A DNA stretch of 49,094 nucleotides from an uncultured Melioribacter sp. Its GTDB lineage: Bacteria > Bacteroidota > Ignavibacteria > Ignavibacteriales > Melioribacteraceae. The position numbers and the translations under genes were made by a program. The DNA lies in contig CAYZGB010000003.1 in NCBI GenBank assembly GCA_964477915.1, positions 1 to 49,094 on the forward strand, read 5' to 3'. Positions within the stretch are counted from its first letter, which is position 1. Each line of letters starts with the position of its first letter. The notes below the pieces were generated by a model. The model saw only the letters and a list, made by a program, of their open reading frames with translations, was not told where the DNA came from and did not search any database. Of the stretch, positions 10,473-20,951 are shown in pieces.

Positions 10473-10988
10473 TCATTCATTTTCTATCGTAAATTTCCAA
10501 CCGCAGTAAAAATCTTTTACTTCATCCGGCGGACAAGAAATTACGTCGGTTTTTATTCGCGAATCAATTGTAGAAGCAAAAGTAGAAAACTCTATTATTC
10601 CTACGAATTTACAAGGAAACAAAGGTAAACCTTTTCTTTTTCTGGCACTTTGTACACGGCATTCAATCATTTTAAAAACAAGTGTGTTTTCATCTAACCA
10701 TTCAATTTGTTGCTTATTAATTGCAGCATAAAGACGAAACTTAAAAGCTTTTTCCAATGCTTTAAGTCCACCATTTTCGGGTATTCCAAATTCTTTCTTA
10801 ATTCGCTTTGCTTCAACCGCAGCAAAACGCTTCCACGATTTTTCATCCAAATCAATTGCGGTTTTCATATCGTAAGTTTCTTCGGCTGCTAAAAACCAAC
10901 TGCCGTCGTGAGCAAGCCAGTTTTTAGCATAAACTTCAATAACCTTTAACAGTTCTTCTTTCGATAAATTTTTGAAATCGTCAATCAT
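10473..10988 (-). CDS. Conserved cytoplasmic protein of unknown function (resembles the DUF6125 family from memory)
   Basis: The ORF is clean when started at ATG 10988 (MIDDFKNLSKEEL...). Motifs include NWLAHDGSWF and several Cys (CRVQSARKRKG...PCK...SCPPD...CGWKF). The family name is not verified. Confidence 0.6.
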   Translation of the reverse strand: MIDDFKNLSKEELLKVIEVYAKNWLAHDGSWFLAAEETYDMKTAIDLDEKSWKRFAAVEAKRIKKEFGIPENGGLKALEKAFKFRLYAAINKQQIEWLDENTLVFKMIECRVQSARKRKGLPLFPCKFVGIIEFSTFASTIDSRIKTDVISCPPDEVKDFYCGWKFTIENE

Positions 10989-11261
10989 TTTATCCTCACA
11001 AAATTTTTTGATTAGAACTTTTATAATTATAGTTTGTAAAACATTTAGCAACAATATAAATTCTAAAAATTGGAATTGCTAATAATTTATATTTCGAATT
11101 TAAAATTACAGATTTCACACTTTTTGCTAAAATTTGAAAATTTAGTATTTTAAGATGTAATTATTCACGAAAGATACTTTGTATAGTTTAACGATTGACA
11201 TATCGCTAATTATTGAAAACCTGGTAATCATTCTATCAGGTAACGATAAGTTATTGTGTAC

Positions 11262-11290
11262 GCCCTGAATTTTCAGGGCTTTTCTTTTTT
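11262..11290 (+). terminator. Intrinsic terminator inside the ilvE 5' leader (possible attenuator)
   Basis: gccctg-aatttt-cagggc followed by ttttctttttt, 20 nt upstream of the ilvE RBS. No upstream plus-strand gene needs it. Confidence 0.5.
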
Positions 11291-11311
11291 AAAAAAACGA
11301 AAGGTGAAATA

Positions 11312-12379
11312 ATGACATTTGTAGAAGAAAAAATTTCACAAGAGCAAACCGTAACATTACCGGAAAAATTGGAATTCGGACGAATTTTTACTCCTCATCT
11401 TCTTGAAATGGATTACGACGAAGCAAACGGAGGTTGGTCCGAACCCAAAATTGTTGACTTTCACAACATCACGTTGCACCCGGCAGCTTTGGTTTTACAT
11501 TACGGTTTGGAAATCTTCGAAGGAATGAAAGCTTACAGACAAGTGAACGGACGAATTGCTTTATTCCGTCCCGAAAAAAATTTTCAGCGGTTAAATCGCT
11601 CAGCTCGCCGATTAAGTATGCCGGAAATTGATATCGAGCTTGTTTTGGAGTATCTTAAAAAACTAATCAAAACTGATGCAGCATGGGTTCCAGCAAAACC
11701 GGATTATTCTCTTTATATTCGTCCCTTAATGATTGCAACTGATCCTGTTTTAGGTGTTCGTCCAGGAACGCAGTACAAATTTTTAATAATGTTAAGTCCG
11801 GTTGGTCCCTATTATCCCGAGGGCTTCAAACCGGTAAGTATTATGGCAACCGATAAATATGTACGTGCGGTAAGAAAAGGTGTAGGTGATTGTAAAACCG
11901 GTGGAAATTATGCTGCAAGTCTTCTTGCATTCAAAGAAGCACAGAAGGAAGGATACTCGCAAGTACTTTGGCTCGATGCTTTGGAATTAAAGTATATTGA
12001 AGAAGTAGGGACAATGAATATGTTCATTCACTTCAAAGACGAAGTTGCAACTGCACCGCTCTCAGGCTCAATTCTTCCGGGAGTAACGCGCGATTCTGTA
12101 ATTACGATATTAAAGGATTGGGGATACAATGTTACGGAAAGAAGAATTCCAATTGCGGAAGTTTTTGAGCGTTACGAAGACGGCTCGTTGGTTGAACTTT
12201 TCGGAAGTGGAACAGCCGCAGTAATTGCTGCAATAAGTAAATTAAAATACCACGATGACGTAATTACGTTTAATGAAGAAGAACCTGGTGAATTGGCGAA
12301 AAAACTTTATGATTATCTTACAGGTATCCAATACGGAAAAGAAGAAGATAAGTACGGTTGGATTACCTATATCGACTAA
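11312..12379 (+). CDS. ilvE: Branched-chain amino acid aminotransferase (class IV fold, about 355 aa type)
   Basis: PLP-lysine region GDCKTGGNYAASLLA, plus EGMKAYR and GVTRDS motifs. RBS is AAAGGTG. Confidence 0.9.
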   Translation: MTFVEEKISQEQTVTLPEKLEFGRIFTPHLLEMDYDEANGGWSEPKIVDFHNITLHPAALVLHYGLEIFEGMKAYRQVNGRIALFRPEKNFQRLNRSARRLSMPEIDIELVLEYLKKLIKTDAAWVPAKPDYSLYIRPLMIATDPVLGVRPGTQYKFLIMLSPVGPYYPEGFKPVSIMATDKYVRAVRKGVGDCKTGGNYAASLLAFKEAQKEGYSQVLWLDALELKYIEEVGTMNMFIHFKDEVATAPLSGSILPGVTRDSVITILKDWGYNVTERRIPIAEVFERYEDGSLVELFGSGTAAVIAAISKLKYHDDVITFNEEEPGELAKKLYDYLTGIQYGKEEDKYGWITYID

Positions 12380-12400
12380 TCTAAAAAACGCCCGATTAGA

Positions 12401-12432
12401 AAAGCGGACAAAAGATGTCCGCTTTTCTTTTG
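12401..12432. terminator. Bidirectional terminator between convergent ilvE and sthA
   Basis: gcggaca-aaaga-tgtccgc, flanked by an A run on one side and a T run on the other. Confidence 0.6.
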
Positions 12433-12452
12433 TCAATTATTTTACAATTTTA

Positions 12453-13835
12453 CTAATTGTAAACATCAACTTTATTTAACCCATTTAACGCAGCAACACG
12501 ATACGATTCTGCCATTGTCGGAAAATTAAATGTTGTGTTTATAAAATAAAGCAGATTATTTGCCTTGCCTTTTTGAGAAATAATTGCTTGCCCAATATGA
12601 ATTATTTCCGATGCTCCGTGACCAAAACAATGAATGCCCAATATTTTAAGTGTCTGCGGATGAAAAAGAATTTTTAGCATTCCGGTAGTGTGTCCGGTAA
12701 TTTGTGCTCTTGTAAGTGTACGGAAAAATGCTCTACCGCTTTCGTAAGGAATTTTCTTTTCGGTCAATTCTTTTTCAGTCATACCAATTGAACTTATCTC
12801 AGGCAATGTGTAAATACCAATAGGCATATTTTGTAGCAGTGTCATCTTCTCATGAAGTTTTGCTATATGCGAGGCTGCATATCTTCCTTGATCGTACGAA
12901 GCACTTGCAAGGTTCGGGAATCCAACAATATCACCAACAGCATAAATGTTTTCCAACTTTGTTTGTAAAAATTCATTAACAGGTATCGAACCTTTACGGT
13001 CGGTTGTTAAGCCAATATTTTCAAGTCCCAATTTATCGGAATTACCGGTTCTTCCTTGTGCCCAAAACAAATAGTCTGTACGGATTTTTTTATTGCTTTT
13101 AAGATAAACGGTTACACCGTCATCATCTGCCTCAACTTTTTCGTATTCTTCGTTATGCCTAATGATTACACCGTTTTCTCGCAAATGATACGAAAGAGCA
13201 TCAATAATTTCATCATCAAGAAATTCAAGTAATTTTGAACGAGTATTTATTAAATTGATTTTCGTACGCAATCCACGGAAAATTGAAGCATATTCACAAC
13301 CAATAATTCCGGCTCCATAAATAGTTAAAGAACGCGGATGTTCTTTAAGCCCAAGTATTTTATCGCTATCTAAAATTCTCGGATGAGAAAAATCTACATC
13401 TGGCGGATGATAAGGACGAGAGCCCGTTGCAATTATAAAATACTTTGCTCTGTATTTTTTCTTAACTCCACCCGGTGAAATTACTTCAATAGTGTTTTTA
13501 TCGAGAAATTTACCGTGACCGTTAATAATATCGACCCAATTTTTTTCGTAAAAGGAACGTCTTAATTTTGTTTGTTTATTGATTACATCGTAAGCGGTAG
13601 CTAATAATTCTGTAAAATCGGTAGTACGTAAGGCATCACGTTCTTCAAGTATTTCCGTTGCATGGCGTAACGATTTACTTGGGATTGTTCCTTTGTGAGT
13701 GGAGTGTCCTCCAATATTAGAAAAATAATCACATACAGCAACAGAAAAACCAACCTTTGTTAATTTCATTGCGGCACCTTCCCCACCAGGACCGCTACCA
13801 AGAACTATTGCATCGTAATCAAATTTTTTTGACAA
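12453..13835 (-). CDS. sthA: Soluble pyridine nucleotide transhydrogenase (Si-specific NAD(P)+ transhydrogenase)
   Basis: Near-collinear with E. coli SthA as I recall it: [28 protein letters not shown] without the redox disulfide, [11 protein letters not shown], and [19 protein letters not shown] at the C-terminus. Confidence 0.9.
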   Translation of the reverse strand: MSKKFDYDAIVLGSGPGGEGAAMKLTKVGFSVAVCDYFSNIGGHSTHKGTIPSKSLRHATEILEERDALRTTDFTELLATAYDVINKQTKLRRSFYEKNWVDIINGHGKFLDKNTIEVISPGGVKKKYRAKYFIIATGSRPYHPPDVDFSHPRILDSDKILGLKEHPRSLTIYGAGIIGCEYASIFRGLRTKINLINTRSKLLEFLDDEIIDALSYHLRENGVIIRHNEEYEKVEADDDGVTVYLKSNKKIRTDYLFWAQGRTGNSDKLGLENIGLTTDRKGSIPVNEFLQTKLENIYAVGDIVGFPNLASASYDQGRYAASHIAKLHEKMTLLQNMPIGIYTLPEISSIGMTEKELTEKKIPYESGRAFFRTLTRAQITGHTTGMLKILFHPQTLKILGIHCFGHGASEIIHIGQAIISQKGKANNLLYFINTTFNFPTMAESYRVAALNGLNKVDVYN

Positions 13836-13859
13836 AATTTTTCCCTTTCTATTAAAAAT

Positions 13860-14639
13860 TTATGATAAGACTTTATTTACAATTTCTTTAACCTTTTCAA
13901 AAATCTGTGAATCTGTTGAAAAACCAAGGGATTTAGCTTTACTCATATATTTTGTGGCTTTTCCTTTTTTGCCAACTCTTTCGTAAACTTTTGATGCAGC
14001 AGCATACGCTTCCGCCAAACTATTATTATTTTTTATTGCTTTGTTATAGTATTTTAATGCTTTATTGTTATTTTTGAATACTTCGGACTGAAAATATCCA
14101 ATCACAAAATTTAATCCAGCATTGTTTGGACTTTCTTTTAATTTATCCATAAGCATTACATAAAGAGCGTAATCATCGTAAGATATTTTTTTATAATAAC
14201 CTTCTTTTAAGTAACTTACCATTCCGTTGAACTTCGGAATATCAAGATAACCCGTAATTATTGTAATAAATTCTCCTTTTGGAGTAAATAGTCCGGTTGA
14301 CGGATAACCTGTAACACCAGCAGCTTTTGCAAATTGATTGTTTTGGTATTCTTGCCCCATAAAATGAACTGTACCGGGTTTTTCGGGATTTAATCTAACC
14401 GGAATAAACATATCACGCATAATCTTTTGAACGCCAGCATCAGAATAAGTTTTTTCGTCCATTACTTTACACCATTTGCACCAATCCGTGTAAAAATCAA
14501 CAAGAAGAAATTTTCCTTCTTTCTGAGCCTTTGCAAGCCCTTCGTCAAATGAATGCCATTTAATTCCATTACCACCACCTGCAAAAGAAGAGGAAACAAA
14601 AGAGAAAAACAAAACAAATAAAAACAATGATTTCTTCAT
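13860..14639 (-). CDS. Secreted thioredoxin-fold protein with a TPR-like C-terminal region
   Basis: Signal peptide, a thioredoxin-like active site DFYTDWCKWCKVMD, and a helical C-terminus (ALKYYNKAIKNNNSLAEAY). Confidence 0.75.
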   Translation of the reverse strand: MKKSLFLFVLFFSFVSSSFAGGGNGIKWHSFDEGLAKAQKEGKFLLVDFYTDWCKWCKVMDEKTYSDAGVQKIMRDMFIPVRLNPEKPGTVHFMGQEYQNNQFAKAAGVTGYPSTGLFTPKGEFITIITGYLDIPKFNGMVSYLKEGYYKKISYDDYALYVMLMDKLKESPNNAGLNFVIGYFQSEVFKNNNKALKYYNKAIKNNNSLAEAYAAASKVYERVGKKGKATKYMSKAKSLGFSTDSQIFEKVKEIVNKVLS

Positions 14640-14746
14640 TAACTCACCTAAAATTGTTTATGATTGAAAATTGAATATAATTAATATAATCAAAAGTTAA
14701 AATAGGATAAAAGGTTTTATTAAAAATTTCCGAGGGTTATTTTTAC

Positions 14747-15322
14747 TTATTTAATTTTTCTCGAGCCAGGTTTAACTATTTCCAAACCGGCTTTACACAT
14801 CGGGCAATTTTCAGGTTCGTAAGTAACTACATCCAATTGAAGAACCGATTTAAATGGATAGCCAAAATCAACTTTACCGTTGCTTCTATCGACTATCGAA
14901 ATTACACCGGCAACAATTCCGCCATTTTGTTCAATAATATTAATTACTTCCTTTACCGAACCACCCGTTGTTACAACATCTTCACAAACAAGAAAACGTT
15001 CACCTTTGTTAATCGTAAACCCACGGCGGAGTTTCATTTCGTTATTTTCTCGTTCAGTGAAAATAAAACGTTTTCTGGTTTGTCGTGCGGTTTCGTAACC
15101 AACTATTAATCCGCCCATTGCAGGTGCAATTACACTTTCGAATTCCAACGTACTTAAAAATTCGGATAATTCATTAATAATTTTTTTTGTGTAATGTGGA
15201 TATTGCAGAACTTTAGCACATTGAAAATAGGTATCGCTGTGTTTTCCAGAAGTTAACAAAAAATGCCCTTTTAAAAGGGCATTTGTTTTTTCGAAAATTT
15301 CTATAATTTCATTGTGCGTCAT
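14747..15322 (-). CDS. pyrE: Orotate phosphoribosyltransferase
   Basis: LLKGHFLLTSGKHSDTYFQC and the PRPP-binding loop FLVCEDVVTTGGS. Confidence 0.9.
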   Translation of the reverse strand: MTHNEIIEIFEKTNALLKGHFLLTSGKHSDTYFQCAKVLQYPHYTKKIINELSEFLSTLEFESVIAPAMGGLIVGYETARQTRKRFIFTERENNEMKLRRGFTINKGERFLVCEDVVTTGGSVKEVINIIEQNGGIVAGVISIVDRSNGKVDFGYPFKSVLQLDVVTYEPENCPMCKAGLEIVKPGSRKIK

Positions 15323-15600
15323 TAAATTCTTTCTAACCTATCGGCAAGTCTAATATCAAGTTCGGTTACGCCGCCTTCGTCGTGCGTAGTAGTAGTTACA
15401 CGAACTTTATTGTATGAATGAATTAAAATCTCAGGATGGTGATTAAGTTTTTCGGCTTCAACACCAATTTTAACAACAAAACTTAAAGCATTGTAAAAGT
15501 CAACAAAATTGTATTCCTTTACCAATGCATTGTCTTTAAATTCCCAACCGTCCAAATCTTTTATTTTTTCTTTGATAACGGATTCGGTTAATGCTGCCAT
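15322..15600 (-). CDS. 4a-hydroxytetrahydrobiopterin (pterin-4-alpha-carbinolamine) dehydratase
   Basis: 92 aa with the HHPEILIHSYNKVRVTTTTHD motif. Its TAATG stop overlaps the pyrE start. Confidence 0.88.
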   Translation of the reverse strand: MAALTESVIKEKIKDLDGWEFKDNALVKEYNFVDFYNALSFVVKIGVEAEKLNHHPEILIHSYNKVRVTTTTHDEGGVTELDIRLADRLERI

Positions 15601-15616
15601 TTATACTCCTTTTTGA

Positions 15617-18151
15617 TTAAACTTTCTTACTAATGCCGGAATTTTCCTCTTCCGGATTTGTTTCCTTATTATCGGAATTTTTCTTACGTAATTTAACAAA
15701 AAATAATTTATCAGAACTCTTTTTATGCTTAGCTACAACCGTATCTCCAAATTCAAATGTTCCGAGTAATAATTCTTCAGCAAGCGGATCTTCCAAATAT
15801 TGTTGAACTGCCCTTCGTAACGGTCTTGCACCAAAATTAGGATCGTAACCTTTTTCAGCAATAAATTCAACGGCACTTTTCGATAGCTTAATTTTAATTC
15901 CCTTTTCAGCCAAATTGTTACGTAAATCTTCAGTTTCCAAATCAATTAATTTCTTAATATCTTCTTTTTCAAGATTTCTGAACACAATTATATCATCAAT
16001 CCTATTTAAGAATTCAGGATTGAAGAAATCTTTCATTGCGTCTTGAACTTTATTTTTAAGGTGATCGTATCTATCTTGCGAAGTGTTTTCAGCAAAACCA
16101 AAACCACCGGTTGATTTTATGTTTTTAGTTCCGGCGTTCGATGTCATTATAATAATTGTATTTTTGAAATCAACTTTCCTTCCCAAACTATCGGTTACTT
16201 GTCCATCATCAAGAATTTGTAATAGGACGTTAAAAACATCGGCGTGTGCTTTTTCCACTTCGTCGAAAAGAACAACACTGTACGGTTTACGTCTTACACG
16301 CTCGGTTAATTGTCCGCCTTCTTCGTAACCAACATATCCAGGAGGAGCACCAACAAGACGAGAGACGGCAAATTTTTCCATATACTCGGACATATCAATT
16401 CTAATCAAAGCATCTTCGGAATCGAAAAGATATTTTGCAAGAACCTTTGCCGTCTCAGTTTTACCAACTCCCGTCGGTCCTAAGAAAATGAAAGAACCGA
16501 TCGGCTTTTTCGGGTTTTTCAATCCAGCCCTTGCACGACGAATTGCTTTTGTTAATTTTATTATCGCTTCGTCTTGTCCAATGATGTGCTTCTTCAATTC
16601 TTTTTCCATATTCAACAATTTTTCGGACTCGGCTTGAACAACACGAGTTACCGGAATGCCAGTCATCATGGCAACAACTTCCGCAATATCGTCTTCTGTA
16701 ACTTCAAACGTCAAATTTTCCGCTTCTTTTTCCCACTCCGCTTTAGCTTTTTCCAATTCAAAAATTAATTGTTTTTCTCTATCGCGTAAATTTGCCGCTT
16801 GTTCAAAGTCCTGCTTCATTACAACTTCTTTCTTTTCTTCGCGGACTTTTTCAATTTCCTCTTCTAAAATTTTTATTTCGTTAGGTACATCGTAATGCCT
16901 CATATAAACACGCGAGCCGGCTTCGTCAATAACATCAATTGCTTTATCGGGGAAATATCTATCGGATAAATATCTATCCGTTAATCTAACGGCTTCTTCA
17001 ATGGCTTTATCGGTAAAGCGTACGTGGTGATGTTCTTCGTATTTAAATTTAATGTTCATCAAAATTTCAATTGTTTCTTCGGGACTTGGAGGCTCGACCA
17101 TTACCTTTTGAAAACGACGCTCCAAAGCGCCATCGGTTTCAACATACTTTCTATATTCATCTAACGTTGTTGCACCAATGCATTGAATATCACCACGTGC
17201 AAGTGCAGGCTTAAACATATTCGAAGCATCGAGTGAACCGGAGGCACCACCGGCACCAACTATTGTATGAAGTTCGTCAATAAAAAGAATTACGTCATCG
17301 GCTTTCTCCAATTCATTCATCAACGCTTTCATTCGTTCTTCAAATTGCCCACGATATTTTGTACCGGCAACCAAGCCAGCCAAATCCAAAGTAACAACAC
17401 GTTTATTCATTAATATTCGCGGAACTTCCTTTTTAACAATTCGTAATGCAAGTCCTTCCGCAATAGCTGTTTTACCAACACCGGGTTCACCAATCAAAAC
17501 CGGATTATTTTTTTTACGACGACTTAGAATTTGTGTTACTCGTTCTATTTCTTTTTCTCTACCAATTACCGGATCGAGTTTACCTTCCATTGCAAGTTTT
17601 GTTAAATCACGACCAAAGTTATCCAAAACGGGCGTTCTCGATTTTTCCGTTTTAGATGCTTGTTTTGAGAAGGCTTTTCCACGTTCTTCTCCTTCATAAA
17701 AGTTTTCAGCTTCTCTCATACCGTAAAGCTTATTAAGTTCATTTCTTGCCGACTCATAAGTTACGTTAAAACTACGCAAAATATTAGCAGCAATATTGTC
17801 TTCATCCCTTAAAATGCCCAATAGTAAATGTTCGGTATCAATAATACTTTTACGAAAGACTTTAACTTCTATTTGAGTTCTTTTTAAAACCTTTTCGGCT
17901 TGTTTTGTTAAAGGAAGTTCTCCTATTGTAATTGTGTAATTACCCGAAGAAATTGCTTCTTCAATAGATTTTTTCAAATTAATTAAACTTACACCCAAAT
18001 TGGTAATTATTTGAACGGCATTACCTTTCCCGAGTTTGATTATTCCAAGCAATAAATGCTCGGTTCCAATAAATTCGTTCCCGAGACGAAATGCCTCTTC
18101 CCTACTAAATTTTATTACGTCCTGTACGTCTTTAGAAAATTTATATTCCAT
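15617..18151 (-). CDS. clpC: ATP-dependent Clp protease ATP-binding subunit ClpC
   Basis: Double Clp_N repeat and two AAA+ modules (GEPGVGKTA and GPTGVGKTE). A UVR-like linker (FEQAANLRDREKQL) lies between them. Confidence 0.9.
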   Translation of the reverse strand: MEYKFSKDVQDVIKFSREEAFRLGNEFIGTEHLLLGIIKLGKGNAVQIITNLGVSLINLKKSIEEAISSGNYTITIGELPLTKQAEKVLKRTQIEVKVFRKSIIDTEHLLLGILRDEDNIAANILRSFNVTYESARNELNKLYGMREAENFYEGEERGKAFSKQASKTEKSRTPVLDNFGRDLTKLAMEGKLDPVIGREKEIERVTQILSRRKKNNPVLIGEPGVGKTAIAEGLALRIVKKEVPRILMNKRVVTLDLAGLVAGTKYRGQFEERMKALMNELEKADDVILFIDELHTIVGAGGASGSLDASNMFKPALARGDIQCIGATTLDEYRKYVETDGALERRFQKVMVEPPSPEETIEILMNIKFKYEEHHHVRFTDKAIEEAVRLTDRYLSDRYFPDKAIDVIDEAGSRVYMRHYDVPNEIKILEEEIEKVREEKKEVVMKQDFEQAANLRDREKQLIFELEKAKAEWEKEAENLTFEVTEDDIAEVVAMMTGIPVTRVVQAESEKLLNMEKELKKHIIGQDEAIIKLTKAIRRARAGLKNPKKPIGSFIFLGPTGVGKTETAKVLAKYLFDSEDALIRIDMSEYMEKFAVSRLVGAPPGYVGYEEGGQLTERVRRKPYSVVLFDEVEKAHADVFNVLLQILDDGQVTDSLGRKVDFKNTIIIMTSNAGTKNIKSTGGFGFAENTSQDRYDHLKNKVQDAMKDFFNPEFLNRIDDIIVFRNLEKEDIKKLIDLETEDLRNNLAEKGIKIKLSKSAVEFIAEKGYDPNFGARPLRRAVQQYLEDPLAEELLLGTFEFGDTVVAKHKKSSDKLFFVKLRKKNSDNKETNPEEENSGISKKV

Positions 18152-18263
18152 AGTTTTTCAATCTTTAATTAAACAAATTTAATTAGTGTAAATCGATAAA
18201 ACAAATTCTTTGTTTTAATTGACACATAGTTACATTTAAAAAAAATTGGTTCCAACCTCTTAT

Positions 18264-18289
18264 TAAAAAAGCCCGTCTTCTGACGGGCT
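18264..18289 (-). terminator. Rho-independent terminator after tonB
   Basis: On the minus strand: gcccgtc-agaa-gacgggc followed by tttttt. Confidence 0.6.
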
Positions 18290-18294
18290 AAAAA

Positions 18295-18966
18295 TTATCT
18301 TAACTTAAATAATATTGGCACCATCACCTGAACTTTTACAGGTTTTCCTCGCTGCATTCCGGGTTTGAATTTTGTTGCCATTACGGCTTTTACAGCTGCC
18401 TCGTCGCAACCAGCACCAATACCTTTAATAACTTCGGCTTTAACTACGTTGCCATGTTCATCAACATAAGCTTTTACGTAAACTCTACCTTGAACATTTG
18501 CACGTTTTGCAATTTCAGGATAAATAATTCTTTTTTGAATTGCTTCAATTCCACCAATTGGCTGAGGTTGTTGTTCAACAGCAACGAAAAATACCGGTTC
18601 TTCTTCTTTCTTTTCTTCTTTTGGTGGTGGCGGTGGTGGAGCAACATCAGCATTTTCATCCAATTCGGTAGATTCAATTTCAACATCATCAAGAACTTCG
18701 TCCGATGGTGCTTCTATTGGAATAGGGGGTTTAGGCGGTGGAGGTGGTGCAGTTTCTTGTTTTGTATGTTCTACATCCTCTACTTGTACAAGTTCTTGCG
18801 GACCTTCTTGTTTTATTACTTCCTTTTTTACTTCCGGGAAGTATTTAAATGCAATTATTACAATAGCTAATGCAATAATTAAACTTACTTCAAATATCCT
18901 TTGATAGTGCAATTTCAAATCGAATTTAGGATTTTTGGGTAAAGCCACTATAACCTCCTTTTTCAC
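18295..18966 (-). CDS. Energy transducer TonB-family protein
   Basis: N-terminal TM, Pro-rich spacers (PPPPPKPPIPIE, PPPPPPKEE) and a TonB C-terminal domain (YPEIAKRANVQGRVYVKAYVDEHGNV). Confidence 0.8.
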   Translation of the reverse strand: MKKEVIVALPKNPKFDLKLHYQRIFEVSLIIALAIVIIAFKYFPEVKKEVIKQEGPQELVQVEDVEHTKQETAPPPPPKPPIPIEAPSDEVLDDVEIESTELDENADVAPPPPPPKEEKKEEEPVFFVAVEQQPQPIGGIEAIQKRIIYPEIAKRANVQGRVYVKAYVDEHGNVVKAEVIKGIGAGCDEAAVKAVMATKFKPGMQRGKPVKVQVMVPILFKLR

Positions 18967-19094
18967 AAAAAATTAAGTTAAAATTTAAGAAAAGAGTTTT
19001 AGTTTGTCAACTCATATTCGTTTATTTCAAAGTATTAATATAACGCTTTCGAAATTTATAAACGAATATTTTCCAAAAGTTCCAAAATCATTTA

Positions 19095-20249
19095 TTAGTT
19101 AAAACTTTTTGATATTTCGTTTTGCGGATAACTTCCGAGTATTTTAAGAAATCTTGTAAAAGGATTAATTTGTTCAAGAGCTTGTTGAACGCGATTTTCC
19201 GCAATATTTCCTATAAAATCAAGATAAAACATTTCCTCCCAAGGGTTTCCGATAATTGGTCTGGATTCCAGTTTCGTTAAATTCAACGAGTGCTTTTTAA
19301 ATACGTTCAAAACATCAGCCAAAGCACCCGGGCTATGTGTTGTTGCAAAAACTATTGATGTTTTCGCTTCAATTCTTAAATCGAGCTCAACAGGTTTACG
19401 AGCAATAATAATAAACCGAGTAATATTTGCAGTTTGGTTTGCAATATTACGTTTAAGAATTTTAACACCAAAAAGTTTTGCTGCATCCTCGCTTGCTATT
19501 GCAGCAAATTCGGGATTGTTTTCTTCTTTTACTTTTTGAACAGATAAAGCGGTATCGGCATAAAATTCTATTTCCACATCATTCAAAGTTGCAAGAAAGT
19601 TACTACATTGAGCAGCCGCTTGATAGTGAGCAAAAATTTTTCTGATTTTATTAATTGGAATTTCTTCAATTGCAGAGAGGCAATGTTTAACCTCGAATTG
19701 CTCTTCGCCAATAATGGATAGGGTTGTATGCAATAGTAAATCGTAAACTTCGTTAATGCCACCCGAAGTAGTGTTTTCAATAGGCAAAACGGCAAAATCA
19801 GCCTCACCTGCTTCAACACTACGAATAACTTCGTCAAACCTTTTGTAACTTAAAAATTCAAGGTTCTTCTTTCTGTTCGAAAAAAACTTCCGCGTTGCAA
19901 GGTAACTATACGAACCTTTTATTCCTTGTATTGCAATTCTAATTTTATCGGGATTAAGCTCATTTTCTTCCGAGAGTTTGTAGAGGTAATTTTGTTGAAG
20001 TTTAACAGAATCGTCAATAATCACGGAATAGATTTTTTTAATTAAATTTTCGTCAACATTAAATTTCCTTCCAAGTTCTACAAGTCTGTTTATCAATTCT
20101 TCTTCGCGTGTTTTATCGCGTAAAGGAAAATCGAAACGTTCTTTTAATTCAATTACTTTTTGGCTTACTTCTCGCCGTTTACCGAGTAGTTCAATTATTT
20201 TTTCGTCGATTGAATTTATTTTATTACGTAATGCTTCCAATTCAGTCAT
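19095..20249 (-). CDS. pheA: Bifunctional chorismate mutase / prephenate dehydratase (P-protein)
   Basis: CM_2 N-terminus (LRNKINSIDEKIIELLGKRREVS), the PDT domain with ITRFIIIA, and an ACT domain with LTKLESRPI. Confidence 0.9.
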   Translation of the reverse strand: MTELEALRNKINSIDEKIIELLGKRREVSQKVIELKERFDFPLRDKTREEELINRLVELGRKFNVDENLIKKIYSVIIDDSVKLQQNYLYKLSEENELNPDKIRIAIQGIKGSYSYLATRKFFSNRKKNLEFLSYKRFDEVIRSVEAGEADFAVLPIENTTSGGINEVYDLLLHTTLSIIGEEQFEVKHCLSAIEEIPINKIRKIFAHYQAAAQCSNFLATLNDVEIEFYADTALSVQKVKEENNPEFAAIASEDAAKLFGVKILKRNIANQTANITRFIIIARKPVELDLRIEAKTSIVFATTHSPGALADVLNVFKKHSLNLTKLESRPIIGNPWEEMFYLDFIGNIAENRVQQALEQINPFTRFLKILGSYPQNEISKSFN

Positions 20250-20262
20250 TGCTTAACCTTAC

Positions 20263-20886
20263 TTATTCGTGAAATTTCTTTTCGCCCGCGGTTACCTCTA
20301 TATCGATGTAATCATCTTTAGAAGGAATTGCACACGAATAATTATGATTATACGCACAATAGGGATTGTAAGCTAAATTAAAATCTATTGTGTAAATGTG
20401 ATTAGGGTCATCGGATTTTTCAAAATCGAGATAACGCCCGACGCCGTATGTTTCTTTGCCGGTTGTTCTATCGGTAAACCAAATGCTATAATACCAAACA
20501 CCTCTTCGCGAACGGCTTTTGTAAACGTTAAGTTTATATTCTTTTCCGTCTTTTGTAAATTTTACATATCCAAAGCGAATTGTCGGGCGAGCTTCACCTT
20601 TAGTTCCGTAAATTACAAGCGAATCTTTTTGGGGATATTCGTAAAGTTTACTTTTGAAAACCCACGAAGGATCAACCGGATAATATTTTAACGGCTCGAA
20701 TTTAGGATGGTCTTTATAATTAAATGGCGAATGCGGATTTGTTCTCATCCATTCGTCTTTTTCTTTCCGTTCTTTTTCAATTTTAGCAATGTATTCTTTT
20801 TCTTCCGGGGTGTAATTTTTTCCGCAGGAAATTAAAACCAAACTAAAAAAAATTGTTAAATACAAAAATGCCTTGAATGTTTTCAT
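20263..20886 (-). CDS. DUF1684-family lipoprotein
   Basis: Lipobox LISC. Motifs are SPFNYKDHPKFEPLKYYPVDPSW and AYNPYCAYNHNYSCAIPS. Confidence 0.75.
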   Translation of the reverse strand: MKTFKAFLYLTIFFSLVLISCGKNYTPEEKEYIAKIEKERKEKDEWMRTNPHSPFNYKDHPKFEPLKYYPVDPSWVFKSKLYEYPQKDSLVIYGTKGEARPTIRFGYVKFTKDGKEYKLNVYKSRSRRGVWYYSIWFTDRTTGKETYGVGRYLDFEKSDDPNHIYTIDFNLAYNPYCAYNHNYSCAIPSKDDYIDIEVTAGEKKFHE

Positions 20887-20951
20887 CCCATACTCACAAA
20901 TAATTTAATAAATCAAAAACAAGAATTACTAAACAACGGTAACTAATAAAT

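Noticed and set aside
18600-18760. Repeated ggtgg/ggcgg strings that look like a DNA tandem repeat
   Set aside because: They are the complement of the poly-proline codons (PPPPPP) of the TonB linker. This is a normal feature of TonB, not a repeat element.
18454-18870. 138-aa plus-strand ORF rich in W, R and F (also 18474-18692 on the minus strand)
   Set aside because: It lies antisense or out of frame within tonB. The odd composition is the mirror image of the Pro/Lys/Glu-rich TonB spacer codons. It has no RBS and no plausible fold.
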